Positions 11,648 through 23,650 of a DNA stretch of 60,000 bases are shown here, piece by piece. Position 1 is the stretch's first letter; each line of letters opens with the position of its first letter. Position numbers and translations under genes: made by a program. The stretch comes from Lytechinus pictus. Its lineage: Eukaryota. Below the pieces are notes generated by a model. The model ran no database searches. It saw only the letters and a program-made list of their open reading frames with translations, and was not told the origin of the DNA. Location of the stretch: NCBI RefSeq assembly GCF_037042905.1, contig NC_087250.1, positions 22,818,001 through 22,878,000 on the forward strand, in the 5' to 3' direction.

Positions 11648-14600
11648 TGATAATGATAATGATAATAATAGTAATAATAATAATGCAACACTTAATACTT
11701 TGTGGGGCTTTTTACTAAGTATCACCCCGGTTATTGGAGCATTCTTACATGGGGAGCAGTCTAATGAGAGTTCCACAATGCAATTGCTGGGCATAATACA
11801 TACTTAGGCTTTCACATCTTACAGGGCAGGGGAAGGCAGGGTAAGTTGTGACAGTTTTTGCATTTTGCATGTTAGAATTGATATGAATAATAATATTGTA
11901 GAAATAAATACCTTGCCTTTAAATTTGATTCTTGGGAAATATTTTTCACCTATATATAACTTTCTACCCCCACACCGAAAGTCATTGTGACCTTTGAAAA
12001 AAACGATGTCAAATGGCTCAACTTGCCCAATCCAGGGGCCGTTTCAAAAAGCTGTTTGTAAGTTAAGAGCAACTTAAAGACGGACTGGTGATCCTTTCTT
12101 GCGGTACATGACATTCCCCATTGAATGTTCGTTGGTGATTATTTAGTGCGTAAGAAAGGTTCACCAGTTATTCTTAAAGTCGCTCTTAAGTCTTAACTTA
12201 TGGACAGCTTTATGAAACACCCACCAGGCCCTGGTGGGATTCAAACACAGGACCCTCTGATGATAAGGCGAGAGTCTGAACTGCTACACAGCGATGATTC
12301 TGCGGGTAATGTCACTAGTGGGAAGCTCACCCTGGCCCATATTCTGAACCCGGATTAATTTCATTCCCACGGCTTGCGTACAACAAGCTGCATGCAAGAA
12401 GGACTATACAAAGGGATTTACTACAGAGGTACATGTCTCAAAGGGATGTATTTACTTTTTTTTTACAGCAATTCAATTTGGTGAAGATGGAATGGCCCAT
12501 TGGGTACACGCAGGAGAAGGTCGTTCCTCTGGTGACCTTGTATGACCTCACCCATTTGACCTCTGACCCCAAAGGTCATCTGCATCCTGCTTCTATTGTC
12601 AAGCTCAGAGTTCGGCAAGGTGTACAGTGTGTAGAAGTCAAATGGCATAAACCTGGTGAGTGCTTTCATGCAGAAAGTTACTTTTACTACTCTAATGCAG
12701 TTTCACCTCAGTAAAGTTTTCCTCAAAATTATTTTTCCATAGTACAGGGCTTGATTTCTCCCTACTGCACTAAGGTCATGTCCTTGGATGACCTTTAAGT
12801 TGACCCCAATGCCGCTCTTGCATTGACCTTTGATATTCTTTGTGCCCTCATTAATTGTCCCCATTTGAATGAATTGAATAGCTTTATTGTCCATGAAGGA
12901 AATTATTTTTCTTTGGTTTACACACATGTAGATACATGTACATTTGTGTTGTAGTATAAAAATGTGTAATATATAAAATGAGCATTGCCCTAAAAATGTT
13001 ATAACATGAGGCCTGAGAGTAGAAGCTACCCGCAGATTGGAGTGGGTTTGTTTATTTCTTTAAATGTTAATAAAAGAATAAAAGTTTATCAAATAAGACT
13101 ACAAATAATTAATTGCTCTGATTAGATGAACAAGAAAATGAGAAAGAATTCAATCATAATTTTCAAACTGATGAATTGGATTGACAAAGATTTTTTTTTT
13201 CTTTTCTCTCTTCTTTCTTTAGAAGAGCACAAGGAAAACGATGAGGATCCTGATACCTTATACACGACGGTGGAGGAGAGAGAACGGTTTGCAATCGCCC
13301 ATCCAACGATGATGCAAGACTTTGTGGTCGCCATGGAAACAAAGAAAGTTAAAGGTAGGCAGATAGCTCCCAGTGTGCAATTTTATTCTCCTGGTTTTCC
13401 CACTGGGGTGTGTGTACTTATCTAAACTTTTTTTTTTACCGATAATGCAAATCATATCCAATGAGTGGCATTTGAAGATGGAATTTGGTTCTGGTAAAAT
13501 GTGAATTTGAAAAATGGAGGATAAATTTGTCAAAGTGATTGTGAAAACTGCATAATGGGTGATTTCAAGTCCGGTGTTGGCATTGGTGTTGGAATTTGGA
13601 TTGCTTCCCCTAGCTCCAAATATATTCTGAGTTTGTAAAACTGATACAGATCACATTATTGACATCTCAAAAACTAGTGAGTGACTTTTCAGGACATCTT
13701 CATTTTATGTTTGGTGTTATACTGGTGTAAAAATTAACCTAACACCAACACCAATAAGTCAACACCAAACTTGAAATCACCCAATGTACATCTTGAAATT
13801 AATGGTGATTGCTGTAAAGCACTGGAATCACCAAACTGATTATATTGTGCTATTACTCAAGCTTGTCTCTTTGTCTTTTTATTAAGTCAAGGTGATGAGA
13901 CCCTGTAGCATTTTGTCTCATTGTCTTCTGTCCTCAGTTTTTGTCTTCTTGTCTCTTATCATCTAAGAGCTTTTAAACACATTGGCCCGTATTTTGAAGT
14001 CAGGTTTAACTTGGACCACAGTCTAATTCTGTTCTAAAATTATGGGAAGCCAAATGTGTCAACATTGTATTAAGTTGTATGTTTTTTATGTTTACTGTGC
14101 TCTTTCCTGATTCATTGATGGTGCAGACAATATACTTCCTAGACAATTATGAATGATTTGAGAGCCAAATGAGGTGAAATATTATATCTCTACTGTTAGT
14201 GATTTATGTAACAATTGGCTATCCATACTAAACCACAACTTTAAAACTGAGTTTAATGACGTTCCACAGTTATGTTTGTGCGCATCATGATCTGCGCATA
14301 TTTTACACTCTGCGCGCTGACGTCACAATGGATGAACTGGTGATTAATCAGCTGTAGGTATCGTGAGCTGATTTTTCTCCTTATCTGCACTAACTGCAGA
14401 TACGATGTGCTATTTTATGAAGCTAATAAACTGGAATTATTCCATGGCTGGGATTCGAACCCATGTCCCTCTGATTGAAAGACAAGAGTCGTAACCACTA
14501 CACCATTGCTCCCCCACAGATCAGAATGATAAGAATGTGCAAAAAAATGTCTGTGAAATGAGACACAGATTCTATGAAAATACATGTAATCTTCCAGGAC

Positions 14601-17600
14601 ATGATGCATGCAATAAGCCAGTTCGTACTTCCTTTCTGCGCATGATCAAAAGATTCTGCGCGTGATCAGACGAAGGTCATTTGTACTAAAGTGACATGGT
14701 GGTTTAAAATCTAATGAGATAAGCACCAAATTTGATGTCTTGATTATTCATATATTCTTTTGAATTTTGTTTTTCATTTTACATCCACAAAAAACAACAA
14801 TGCGTCCATGAACGACTGGTATTTCACAGTTTGCCGAGTACATTGTGCAACATGCTATGATATGCATTCAAAGTAGGAATGCAACAAATACCTTCATAAA
14901 GTGTTCATTGGTGTGCTATTCTAGTCACCTGGTCTATCCAATTTCTTCATCCTGCTATGTAAGGCATGCTTACGTAATATCTTGCTTTGAAATCTGCCTA
15001 TCATAATGAAAGAAATGAAAGGTCATTTGACCAAAATTGTCCCAGAAGTAACTACGAACTGGTCTATTGAGGAACGCCCACCATCAAATCTGGGGTCAGT
15101 ATCACAAAGCTTAGCAATCAATTGTAGAACATTTTTCTACAATTGATTGCATACACTACAATTTACAATCACTTGTGAAAATCAAGCGTAGCATTAATCG
15201 CTAACCTTTGTGTTACAGAATCCTAATTAATTGATGGAATTCTCTGAAAGCATTTCTTTTCCTTTAAGGAAATTAGATATCATAGGAAAAATATGATGCA
15301 AGAAGATAATGAATATGGTCAAACAAACTAAAATGATACTAAAGAGGAAGTTCATACTGACGATATGTTGTTTTTCATAGAAGCAGAAAAATTAGGGAAA
15401 AGCGTGCGGGTAAGGGTTTGATGATAATCCGTCAAAGATTAATAGAGTAATGAACATTTAAAGTTTTGATTTTATGACACTACATACAAGCAAGAAAGAA
15501 GGTAATTTATATGGTCAAACAAAATTATTACTAAGAGGAACTTTACACTGACGATAAGTTGGTTTTGATAGAACTTAGAAGCCAAAAAATTAGAGAAAAG
15601 TGTTGTTAAGATTTTGATGAAAATCTGTTGAAGAATGATAGCTCTATAAATTTTTTAAGTTTTGATATTTTGGCATAAGTAGCTCTATATGGCATGCAGT
15701 GTGAATTTTTTTTTAAATGTCATTTTCTAAACAAGTGGAACGCCTCTGGCAGTCTCGCCTGCATTACGCGATTTGATATACTGTATAGTAGCAGTGCTGA
15801 CTTTGAAAACAGCTATTGAATAATTATTTACAAAATAAACATTCATATGATAATAACATACTATGTCCATTGACCCAAAATGACCTTTGACCATGATCAT
15901 GTGATATAAGATGTGTGCAAAACAATCATTTATACTTGATTACCCTTATGTCTGTTTCATGAAATAGATCCACAAACTTTCTAATTTAGGATGCCAATTC
16001 AACAACTACCCCCAACATGACCAAAGTTCATTTACCCTAAATGACCTTTGACCTTGGTCATGTGACCTTAAACTCGGGCAGGATGTTTCATGAACTAGGT
16101 CCCTATACTTTCTAACTTATGATGACATTTCAAAAATTTAACCTTAGGTTAAGATTTGAATATTGATTACCCCAACATGGTCTAAGTTTATATATTGACC
16201 CTAAATGACCTTTGACCTTGGTCATGTGACCTGAAAACAAAGCAGGATGTTTAGTAATACTTGATAACTCTCATGTCCAAGTTTCATGAACTAGGTCCAT
16301 ATACTTTCTAAGTTATGATGTCATTTCAAAAACTTAACCTAAGGTTAAGATCTGATGTTGATGCTGCCGCCGTCGGAAAATGGCGCCTATAGTTTTGCTC
16401 TGCTATGCAGGCGAGACAAAAAATGGAAGTTAATTATTTTGGGGCATTTGTTTCATCAGAGACATCTTTTTATAAGGAAAATGTTTTTATTAATCATATC
16501 CTTTAAAAAAATGGAAAAAATAGAATTAATATTACATGATATCTGGAAAGCTGCTGACGTCCCGAATAAAAAAAAATGAAATTGAAAACACTCTTATGAA
16601 TGAATAGGTATTGTGCTGCCCTTAGCCAAAATAAATATTGTTGATACCTGGGCCCCGTCTTACAAAAAGTTATGATTGATCCGATCCATCGCAACTATGG
16701 AAAGCCAGCAATGTCAACATCTAAAATTACATGTTCTTGTCAAAATATTTTGTAGAAATGATGTATATTCATACATTTACTGTTTTCTTGACGATTCAGT
16801 GAGCTTCTCTTTGTTTTCAAAGGACAATGAGCAAAATTATGACATTGATGGATTTCCATATACTTGAGATTGATCAGATCAATCGTAATTCTTTGTAAGA
16901 CGGGGCCCTGAGGTATTACTCTATGCAAAGTCTTTGAACAAATTAGGCACTATTCATAATAGGAAAAACAAAAGAGAGTAATTATTATTGTTGATAAAAG
17001 AAGAGGATAATTACTGCAGCCTGAGGTTAGAGATGCTGTGGAAAGTTAATTAGGATGATGTGAAATCAACTAAAAATAGAAGTACAAAATTGTTTGACGG
17101 ATTTGCCTGTGGCTGTTGGTGTTCATCATTGAAAATTGAAGGGCAAGCAATCTGTGCGTGATCTCTCATTCACCATGTGTTGTGAATAGCTAGTCTGAAG
17201 TGAAAATATACTCTTTGAGATAACTATTCACAATACAGAGATGAAAATAGCCTTCAGTTTTTACTTTCATAGGGAAACTCAATAGTTTTTAGAGGAAAAG
17301 TACTTGTTGACTTTATGTACGTGGTAACATAATTGTCGCATTATAGTATTGAGTATTGGATTAGTGTGTTATAATTTCACTGAGCCTGAATTACAAGACT
17401 ACACTGTTCAGAATGTTGCATTATGGGTAAGCAAGGTGGCCAGATTTGGGTAGTTACAGACTTGAGATGGCCACTGGTTCATGTCTGTTTTAAGCATCCA
17501 AAAAATCCTCATTAGATGATTCAAAGCATTGACATTGATTATCTGAACCTGAAAAAATGCTCCTTTTGGTGGCATATAGACGTGAAAGGGGGGTGGGGGG

Positions 17601-20600
17601 TGCGGAAGCCTTGGAGACTTACAAAAAGGAGAAAAAAGGAAAGGCAATTGTGAAATATGATTATTATGGCAAAATCTATTTCAAAAATTAGAGTTTTAGA
17701 TGGTGAGGTTTGCGATAACACCATGTAAGTTAGTCATGAAAAAGACTGTTGGTTATCTCTCTGATAATAGCTCTTAAAAAGAACTTGATGTTTTTATCAC
17801 ATACTAGTAAGCTTTACCCTTCGTCATCATTGAAGACTTGAGCTAAAATGATGGGTAGTGTATATACATATATATGTATAATCTGAGGTGATTGCTGATT
17901 GATTTATGGTGCTTGCTTGCTCGCAGTTTTTAAAATAAATTTTGCCCCATATGCCATGTCTGGCCTGCACAAAAATTTTGGCTCATTATTAGAATTATGA
18001 TTTGATCTGATCAACCGAAACTATGAAATGCCAGCATAAAAAAAAATGTATAGATATGATGTTCCGATATATTCATACATTCATTGTATTCTTGACAATA
18101 TGGTGTGTTTGCCTTTTTATCCAAAGGACATGGTTAAAATTTCCTGTGGAAAAAAAAATATGACAGCGATGGATTTCCATAGAGTTACGATTGATTGGAT
18201 CAATTGAACTCTTTGTAAGACAGGGTCCTGGCAGGACGTTTACGTGCTACTATGCCGAAGGGCTTATCACTCTGCCCTTTTGTAGGTAGTACATCCATGT
18301 CGTTTTCGCTATTATACCTCAGATCTTTGTACATTCTTCTCAATACAAGCATGGTTTCCACCTTGTAAATGCTGTGCCCACCCCTGGCCCCCTCTAGGGT
18401 ATACACACTGAAACTTGAATTTAAGAGCCGGAGTTGAACTACTTTCATTTTGTTTAACTTTTGTATGATAAAGTCTTGTTTTCTCTGTTTCTCTTTTGTA
18501 TATAGGAAGAGGAAAGAAGAAGCAAAATTCATCTTCATCTTCACAGCAGGAAGGATTGATGGTTGATGAAGCTTCCCAGCATGCATATGAGACTAATGTA
18601 CCAGTAACCTTTGACCTACAGCTTCCTCCGAAGGTCAACCCCGAGCCACCACAGATTCCAAGTTATCCTGGAATCAAACAGGATGGGAGGGAACTCACCA
18701 GTGTTTACGATGATGATGAAATGATGAAAAGATTGATTAGCCTTTCTCTTCACGATGGTGGAGCAAGAGCAGAAGAAGGGAATGAAAGAAGAGGGAGGGG
18801 AGAACAAAGGTGCCGGAAAGATGATACAATGCAAAAGAGGACACACAGGCGGAAGAAAGAGACACAGGATCAAGCAAAGAAAATCAGTCGGAAAAAGGAA
18901 AGCTCAAAGGGAAAGGATAATACAGAGGACAGCTCTTCAGTCCAACTGACCCAGGAAGGAATACCCTCTATGAAAAGTACCTGTTTAGTAGATGCTCATT
19001 TTGCAAATGGTCTAGGAACTGAAGAGACTGTGAAGACCATACCTGACATCCTAAGAGTAGTCGAGGACATTGACAAAGAAGGAAGTGAAAGGAGGAATGA
19101 GTTAGAAGAGGAACAATCATTTATAGAGGTCTTACCGCTGTCTCAAAGACTTGGTTGCCACTCTTTGCAGGGATTCATCCCTAACTCTAGGAGAAATAGA
19201 AAAAATGATTCAGGAAGTGCCTTAAAGAATGCAAAACAATGTGCCAGTCTTTCGTCAACAGATGATGAATCAGAGGAGGGAATTTATGAAACTTTGCAGT
19301 TTCCTGAGGAGACACTGGAGACTGATAGATCAAGATTGGTACACTTTACCAAGACCAAAAATAGAGACCTTAGAATGTATTCATCAATTGCATGCACTGG
19401 ATCTCCTCAACCTTCCATTGCTGCTGCTGCTGAGGGAAAATATGAAGGATGTTCTTCAGAAGGCTCCATAGATCAAAGGCAAATTGGCGTCAGGGAAGCT
19501 CTGAAAATCGTAACACCTAACGGCTTCAAAGACAAGCTAAAACCAACTCCAGCTTGCAGGGAAGATACTACAGTAAATGATCATCACACCCAACCTCATT
19601 TACCAAACTTAACAACTGATGAAGTCATAGATTTGACTGGAGACAGCCCTTTAAATGACCAAAGAACATCCCCTGTATATTCTTCAGAGGTTGTGGAGTC
19701 TACTGCTCACCGGTTACCATCAGGAAGAGTCTTTGGCATCAAGCACAGGAGTTCAGATGAAATTGATTTTGATGTAGACAGTTCCCACTCTTTAGAAGAC
19801 TTTACTACCTGTCAAGGAAAGCCTGAACTTGAAAGAATTTCCTCGGTGGCCTTTGATCATGAACAGTCAAGGTGTACTGTTGGTCACAATCAATCTTCTT
19901 TTATGAAGTTAGACAATAGCTTAGCAAAGTTTATGAATGAGCTGAGCATTGTCTCAAAATCTGCAACAGGATTTGAAAGCTTTTTGGAAGGTGATGATTC
20001 TGTTTTTGTCATTGAGGATGCAGAGTGTTGCTTAGAGGATGGGCAAGAGAGCACTAACAGGGATGAAAGAAATGGGGAAAAAATGAAGGGACTTAACAAC
20101 TCCTATCAATGTTCTGCACGAAGACAGTCAAGCAAAAGCCACGCAAACCCTCCTGTGCGAGAAGGAAGTGATGTTGTGTGTGATGAGGAGGTAACTGTCG
20201 AAGTATTACAAAGTAAATCTACCAAGACAGAAGAAGTAGGAGACATACCAAAGGATCATGAACAAGATAGGACAAATAATTACCTGGACTCTTCAGAAAA
20301 ATCCAGACTTCCAATAGAGTTTTCGCTTGGAAATGGAGAAGCCAGGAATGTTGGTGGAAAGATAGGCCATGCTGAAATAGAGAACATAGCTGTTTCTAAA
20401 CAACCTCAAGGAAAGATGAGAGAGAAATCTTGTAATGGACGAATCAGAAAGACGAAGCGAAAGGCGGTGACAAGAAACTCTTTACTTATTGAAAATGACC
20501 TTCTGAAGATCCTTCAGACAATGAGTCCTGTAACTGGTCGGTCAAGTTTCCCTGGGCAGCGAGAGACCGTTCTGCCATTAGAGCCTGCTCAGGCAGCTGA

Positions 20601-21546
20601 AGATCTTAGTTCGTGTTCATCACACATAGATTCCAAACAGGGATGTTCAGGTTCATCCGCAATAGCCCTCTCATGTTTTCCAACATCTTCATCATCACAT
20701 CACTCAGAGTTGCAACATGAAACTATAGGTTCATGCACAACACCTTCATCATCTGCATCTTTTATGTCTGGATCCATATCAACTATTACCCCAACCTTGC
20801 CGAGGACAATTGCTACTGCAAACTCGAAATGTAGCACTTTGTCCATATCTGGGGAGCCACAGCCAACGATTACCAACTCTTCCCAAGAACCCCATATAGC
20901 TTCTCCATCCACCAAGTCATCTCATCTGCTCCGAGAACAACTCCTGTCAATGTTAAGCCAACTCACCCCGGGGGATTCTCCTTTGATGGGTACCAAAGTT
21001 ATACAAAAGTCTCAAGACTTACTCCCATCCTGCGTTGGAAGCCAGAAATCCAGTGGCGTAGGTACGCCAAAAGTTGTCAAAGATGATCCAGCGCACACCA
21101 CAAGGAGTACCCTCAAGACGTCCACTCAGCATAACCCTTTCCAACAAATCAGTACTACTAAAACTAATGGAAAATGTGAATGTGATTCAGTGAATTCAAA
21201 CGTTTGTGGAGAAGAAACAAAGTCTTCCCCAAAACTATGTAAAGGAGACAAATGTAAGCCGAAGCCTACACGGGGGTCTCATTCGCTTGTAGGGGAATCT
21301 GTATCCCACAACGTCTGCAAGCCAAGGACAGAGCTCAAACCAAGAAGTCACTCACAGCCATCAGCTGGTCCTGGTGTAACTACCAAGCGAAGCAGGTCCA
21401 AGCCAAGGAGCTGCTCACAGCCTGTCAGGTCCGGGACTAAGTCTCGATCAAAGAAATCTTTGAGGGGGTCTCAGAAACGAGAATCCATGCTCGCAATGGA
21501 GAGCAATCTTGGCAAGATTTTGGAAGGACTTAGCAGCCCTCTTTGA
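3280..21546 (+). CDS. GEN1: GEN1 Holliday junction 5' flap endonuclease (Rad2/XPG family), 10 coding exons, ~1433 aa
   Basis: join(3280..3446,4026..4254,5564..5653,6920..7009,7868..7979,9713..9845,11165..11285,12469..12655,13223..13354,18506..21546); 4302 nt in total, all introns GT-AG with matching phases. Motifs: XPG-N MGVQNLWQIL..VAVDL..KPHLRNLFFR..LVFVIDG; XPG-I GEAEAMCA..TEDGDVFLYGA; H2TH LLGCDYLPKGVPGVGKE; GEN1-type chromodomain IVKLRVRQGVQCVEVKW..TVEE; long disordered tail. Confidence 0.95.
4026..4254 (+). CDS. GEN1: GEN1 exon 2
   Basis: ttcag| NLFFRVSNFLRLGVKLVFVIDGTPPELKW...RSHFTSWLKE |GTATAT. Confidence 0.95.
4438..4648. mobile_element. hAT-type MITE
   Basis: TIR CACTGGCGGATCCAGG / CCTGGATCCGCCCCTG; degenerate 8-bp TSD; same family as 23432-23650. 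Confidence 0.75.
4869..5137 (+). mobile_element. tRNA-derived SINE
   Basis: Box A/B-like tRNA head (GGTCTAGTGG...GGTTTGAATCCC) followed by a body shared with other copies in the window (CACTCAACCCAGGTGAGGTG). Confidence 0.8.
5142..5519. mobile_element. Kolobok-type non-autonomous transposon
   Basis: TTAA flanks; imperfect TIR AGTGATTGGTTAAC / GTTAAACAATACCT. Confidence 0.6.
5564..5653 (+). CDS. GEN1: GEN1 exon 3 (XPG-I)
   Basis: tatag| CQELLELMGVPCIQSKGEAEAMCAALNSAG |GTATGT. Confidence 0.95.
5844..6430. mobile_element. Kolobok-type non-autonomous transposon
   Basis: TTAA TSD; TIR AGGAGAATGAAAC / GTTTCATTCCCCT; long internal inverted arms. Confidence 0.8.
6920..7009 (+). CDS. GEN1: GEN1 exon 4
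   Basis: ttttag| MVDGCMTEDGDVFLYGAQVVYRNLNMATGE |GTAAAT. Confidence 0.95.
7178..7839 (-). mobile_element. Helentron-associated (HINE-like) element with nested MITE (7272-7473)
   Basis: Reverse-strand copy of the 15729-16422 family; nested MITE has TIR GGGGCAATTCCATAAAAT. Confidence 0.65.
7868..7979 (+). CDS. GEN1: GEN1 exon 5 (H2TH)
   Basis: actag| VDCYSMDDIRRDLNLDRRRLIALAILLGCDYLPKGVP(G) |GTATGG. Confidence 0.95.
8207..8796. mobile_element. Kolobok-type non-autonomous transposon
   Basis: TTAA/TTAG flanks; TIR AGGGATGGTCCAGGCTG; same family at 50524-51301 and 55953-56554. Confidence 0.8.
9139..9677 (-). mobile_element. Possible solo LTR
   Basis: TGTT...AACA termini, internal AATAAA on -, strong strand skew; no TSD seen. 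Confidence 0.3.
9713..9845 (+). CDS. GEN1: GEN1 exon 6
   Basis: ttctcag| (G)VGKEVAMRFMNSLPSSADPLNLFQSWKGGCDSDSQTSEERSVK(K) |GTAAGA. Confidence 0.9.
9889..10160. repeat. (CAT/CAC)n microsatellite
   Basis: Imperfect trinucleotide array in GEN1 intron 6. Confidence 0.95.
10222..11005. mobile_element. piggyBac-type non-autonomous transposon
   Basis: TTAA|CCCTA ... TAGGG|TTAA termini with TTAA TSD. Confidence 0.75.
11165..11285 (+). CDS. GEN1: GEN1 exon 7
   Basis: aacag| KCLRVEGFPNDDVIKEFFQNKEKPSTCHMEWKRPLLLHLM |GTAATA. Confidence 0.9.
11287..11685. repeat. (AAT)n and (AAT/GAT)n microsatellites
   Basis: Near-pure AAT run 11287-11371 abutting the exon 7 donor; imperfect run 11427-11685 abutting a SINE 3' end. 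Confidence 0.95.
11686..12300 (-). mobile_element. SINE interrupted by two DNA-transposon insertions (~11826-12030, ~12034-12225)
   Basis: SINE tail/body at 11686-11825 and head at 12228-12300 match 43759-44105; the inserts match families at 52338-53184 and 28155-28328. Confidence 0.6.
12469..12655 (+). CDS. GEN1: GEN1 exon 8 (start of chromodomain)
   Basis: ttttacag| QFNLVKMEWPIGYTQEKVVPLVT...IVKLRVRQGVQCVEVKWHKP |GTGAGT. Confidence 0.92.
13223..13354 (+). CDS. GEN1: GEN1 exon 9 (end of chromodomain)
   Basis: tctttag| EHKENDEDPDTLYTTVEERERFAIAHPTMMQDFVVAMETKKVK |GTAGGC. Confidence 0.9.
13557..13782. mobile_element. PIF/Harbinger-type MITE
   Basis: TIR GGGTGATTTCAAGT; 3-bp TSD AAT. Confidence 0.75.
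14611..15069. mobile_element. Non-autonomous TIR element, copy 1 (superfamily uncertain, possibly Academ)
   Basis: TIR core CCAGTTCGTA / TACGAACTGG; near-identical to 34788-35238. Confidence 0.75.
15729..16422 (+). mobile_element. Helentron-associated (HINE-like) element
   Basis: Subterminal IR GTCTCGCCTGC / GCAGGCGAGAC, 3' hairpin, internal TGACCTTTGACC tandem units, A-run flanks, no TSD. Confidence 0.7.
16651..16907. mobile_element. PIF/Harbinger-type MITE
   Basis: TIR GGCCCCGTCTTACAAA; TSD CTG; relatives at ~18000-18228, 44234-44473, 49885-50373. Confidence 0.8.
18506..21546 (+). CDS. GEN1: GEN1 exon 10, 3-kb terminal exon encoding a ~1013-aa low-complexity C-terminal tail
   Basis: Long pyrimidine tract plus tatag| acceptor; phase 1 matches exon 9; uninterrupted ORF to TGA; Ser/Glu/Lys-rich. 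Vertebrate GEN1 also ends in one large exon encoding a disordered tail. Confidence 0.85.
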
Positions 21547-23074
21547 AGGAAGCAGTGATATCTATGTGTCCAAAACAACTTGTTTATTTGAAATTAAAAG
21601 AGGGGGGAATCATCAAAATCCTATGTAATATAAGAAACTTGTTGCACTTTAACCCAATATGCCCGGCACAGACACACTAAACAGTACTAACCAAACACCA
21701 GAACTGCTGCTGTGGTGCTTACATCCAAGGGTGCAACATTTTGATAATGTAGTCTCGTGTTTGCCTTTTTAATTGTATATTTAAAGTTATTTTATGAGTC
21801 AAATCTATTCAAATTTAATACACAAGATTGATATTGTTCTAATATTATCATTCAGCATTATCAGTAAAGAAACATTATTGTATGAATTTCTGTATTTTGG
21901 AAAATTATCTCCTTGGCATACTTAGTAATTGTTGCATTTTCACCAAAGATTTCATTTTTTACTGCAGGGCTTGAAATTAATTGAAATGTCATTTTTGCAA
22001 TTACTTCCTTAATAATTATTAATGTGTAGTCGTACTTGATACTGTTCAATATGTCGAATATCAAGATAACAATGTATTTGCCATGTTTTATAACCACCAG
22101 CATTCAGATGAGGGCGGAGGGGGCTTGTTTTAACAAATGAGGGGGTGTGGGGGGGGGGGAGAAAGAGAAAAAGTGGTGAGGTAAAAGCCTGAAAATATAA
22201 CCGTTTTCAGAGTATTATTCTAAAATCTGTATTAAAAAAAAAAGATTTTTGTACTAAAAGGTCAATATTTTTGCTCACTCGCACCTTAGAAAGTTTGCCC
22301 CGTATCTGGCCCCTGAAAATTCATCAAAGAAGAGATTCATGAAATTTTGAAGAGTTTGATTTGTGACATCGTATACGAACAGCTCCCCAAATTATCAAGC
22401 AATGTAGATTACATTAATTCAAGTTTTTAAAGTCTGCCTTTAGTTTTAGTAAATCCGCCAAAATGTGGCTATTACAATTCCAATCCTTTTCCATATTACT
22501 AGTATATGAATGTGTATGCACTAAAACAATTATGATGTAGAGCGTATGAAATGAAAAAAAGTATATTACAGGATAATTTTTTGTGATTTTACTTTGATAT
22601 AAAACCTATTCCAAAGGATGGATATAATCTTTGTAGCTTCTTAGTATCGAATTTCGTACATTTGTAAGATAAATACTCAGAGCCATTTTAAAGGAAAATA
22701 TCGCCTAGAGAGGGCGCTTGATATGTTTGATATGAATATTGAAATGTTTGCAGAGAATTGGCAGTTGCAAAAATTAAATAATAAAACGTCTATAAATACA
22801 AGTTTTTAAGATTTGAATTTTGTATAATACTCGAATATTATTGACCCTTTATCACAGTCACCTAAGGTTTTAATTTTGTTCTCATAGAAGGGGGGGGGGG
22901 TGGATGTGTCTGATCATATATCCAGCCTATAAATATTTAATCGATTGTTAGTAAGAATAAATATGTAAGAATAAATATGTAGAGAATCTGTAACCTATCT
23001 AAAAGGTGACATTCCACTTTTGTTAGTTCCAGAGTTTTTAATATAGCCATATAAAGTAGGCTACGTCGAAGTTA

Positions 23075-23291
23075 GGGACGCACCATTAGATACCCGGGGG
23101 GGGGGGGGGCTGGAAGTTTGGGTAGATGCAAATTGTTTCCCCTTCTTTTTGCACCTTTCATTTGTGGACCAAGTTTTTTTGTTGCTCTGATGGTGAGTCA
23201 AGTTTTTGTTTGTTTCTCATATAGCAAGTAAAGTTTCTTTTTGGGGAATAACTTCGAGCCCCCCCCCCCTGGATATCTAATGGTAAGTCCC
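23075..23291. mobile_element. PIF/Harbinger-type MITE
   Basis: TIR GGGACNNACCATTAGATA; TSD TTA. Confidence 0.75.
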
Positions 23292-23306
23292 TTAGTTCAT
23301 ACATAC

Positions 23307-23419
23307 CACTGGCGTAAATCCAAGCCAAGCAGTGAACCTATATTGTTCAGGCGGGGGGGGGGAATAATCTATTGTTTAACCCCATTTGAATAGTATAAAG
23401 TCACAGATTTACGCCAAGG
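23307..23419. mobile_element. Short hAT-type MITE
   Basis: TIR CACTGGCGTAAATC / GATTTACGCCAAGG; 8-bp TSD ATACATAC. Confidence 0.7.
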
Positions 23420-23431
23420 ATACATACATAC

Positions 23432-23650
23432 CACTGGCAGATCCAGGGGGGGGGGGGGTAAAGCCGGCTAGTGCCCCCCCCCCCCCTTTGAGAGGCACAA
23501 TTATAATTTGTAATGTAAAAATGCAATTAAAAGAGAAGTGTGCCCCCCCCCCCTTTCAAAGGGAAGACCTTTTTTTTTTTGCTTGTCAATTTTTTTCCTC
23601 GGGGAAAATGTGCCCCCAACCCCCTTTGGAAATTCCTGGATCCGCCCCTG
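23432..23650. mobile_element. hAT-type MITE
   Basis: TIR CACTGGCAGATCCAGG / CCTGGATCCGCCCCTG; perfect 8-bp TSD ATACATAC. Confidence 0.85.

Noticed and set aside
11422..11794. Poly-Ile and poly-Leu ORFs
   Set aside because: (AAT)n microsatellite translations
13327..13340. X-box-like GTCGCCATGGAAAC
   Set aside because: Lies inside GEN1 coding exon 9 and is explainable by codons V-A-M-E-T
18496..21546. Stand-alone 1016-aa gene
   Set aside because: The ORF starts at a TTG inside a splice-acceptor tract; it is the phase-matched last exon of GEN1
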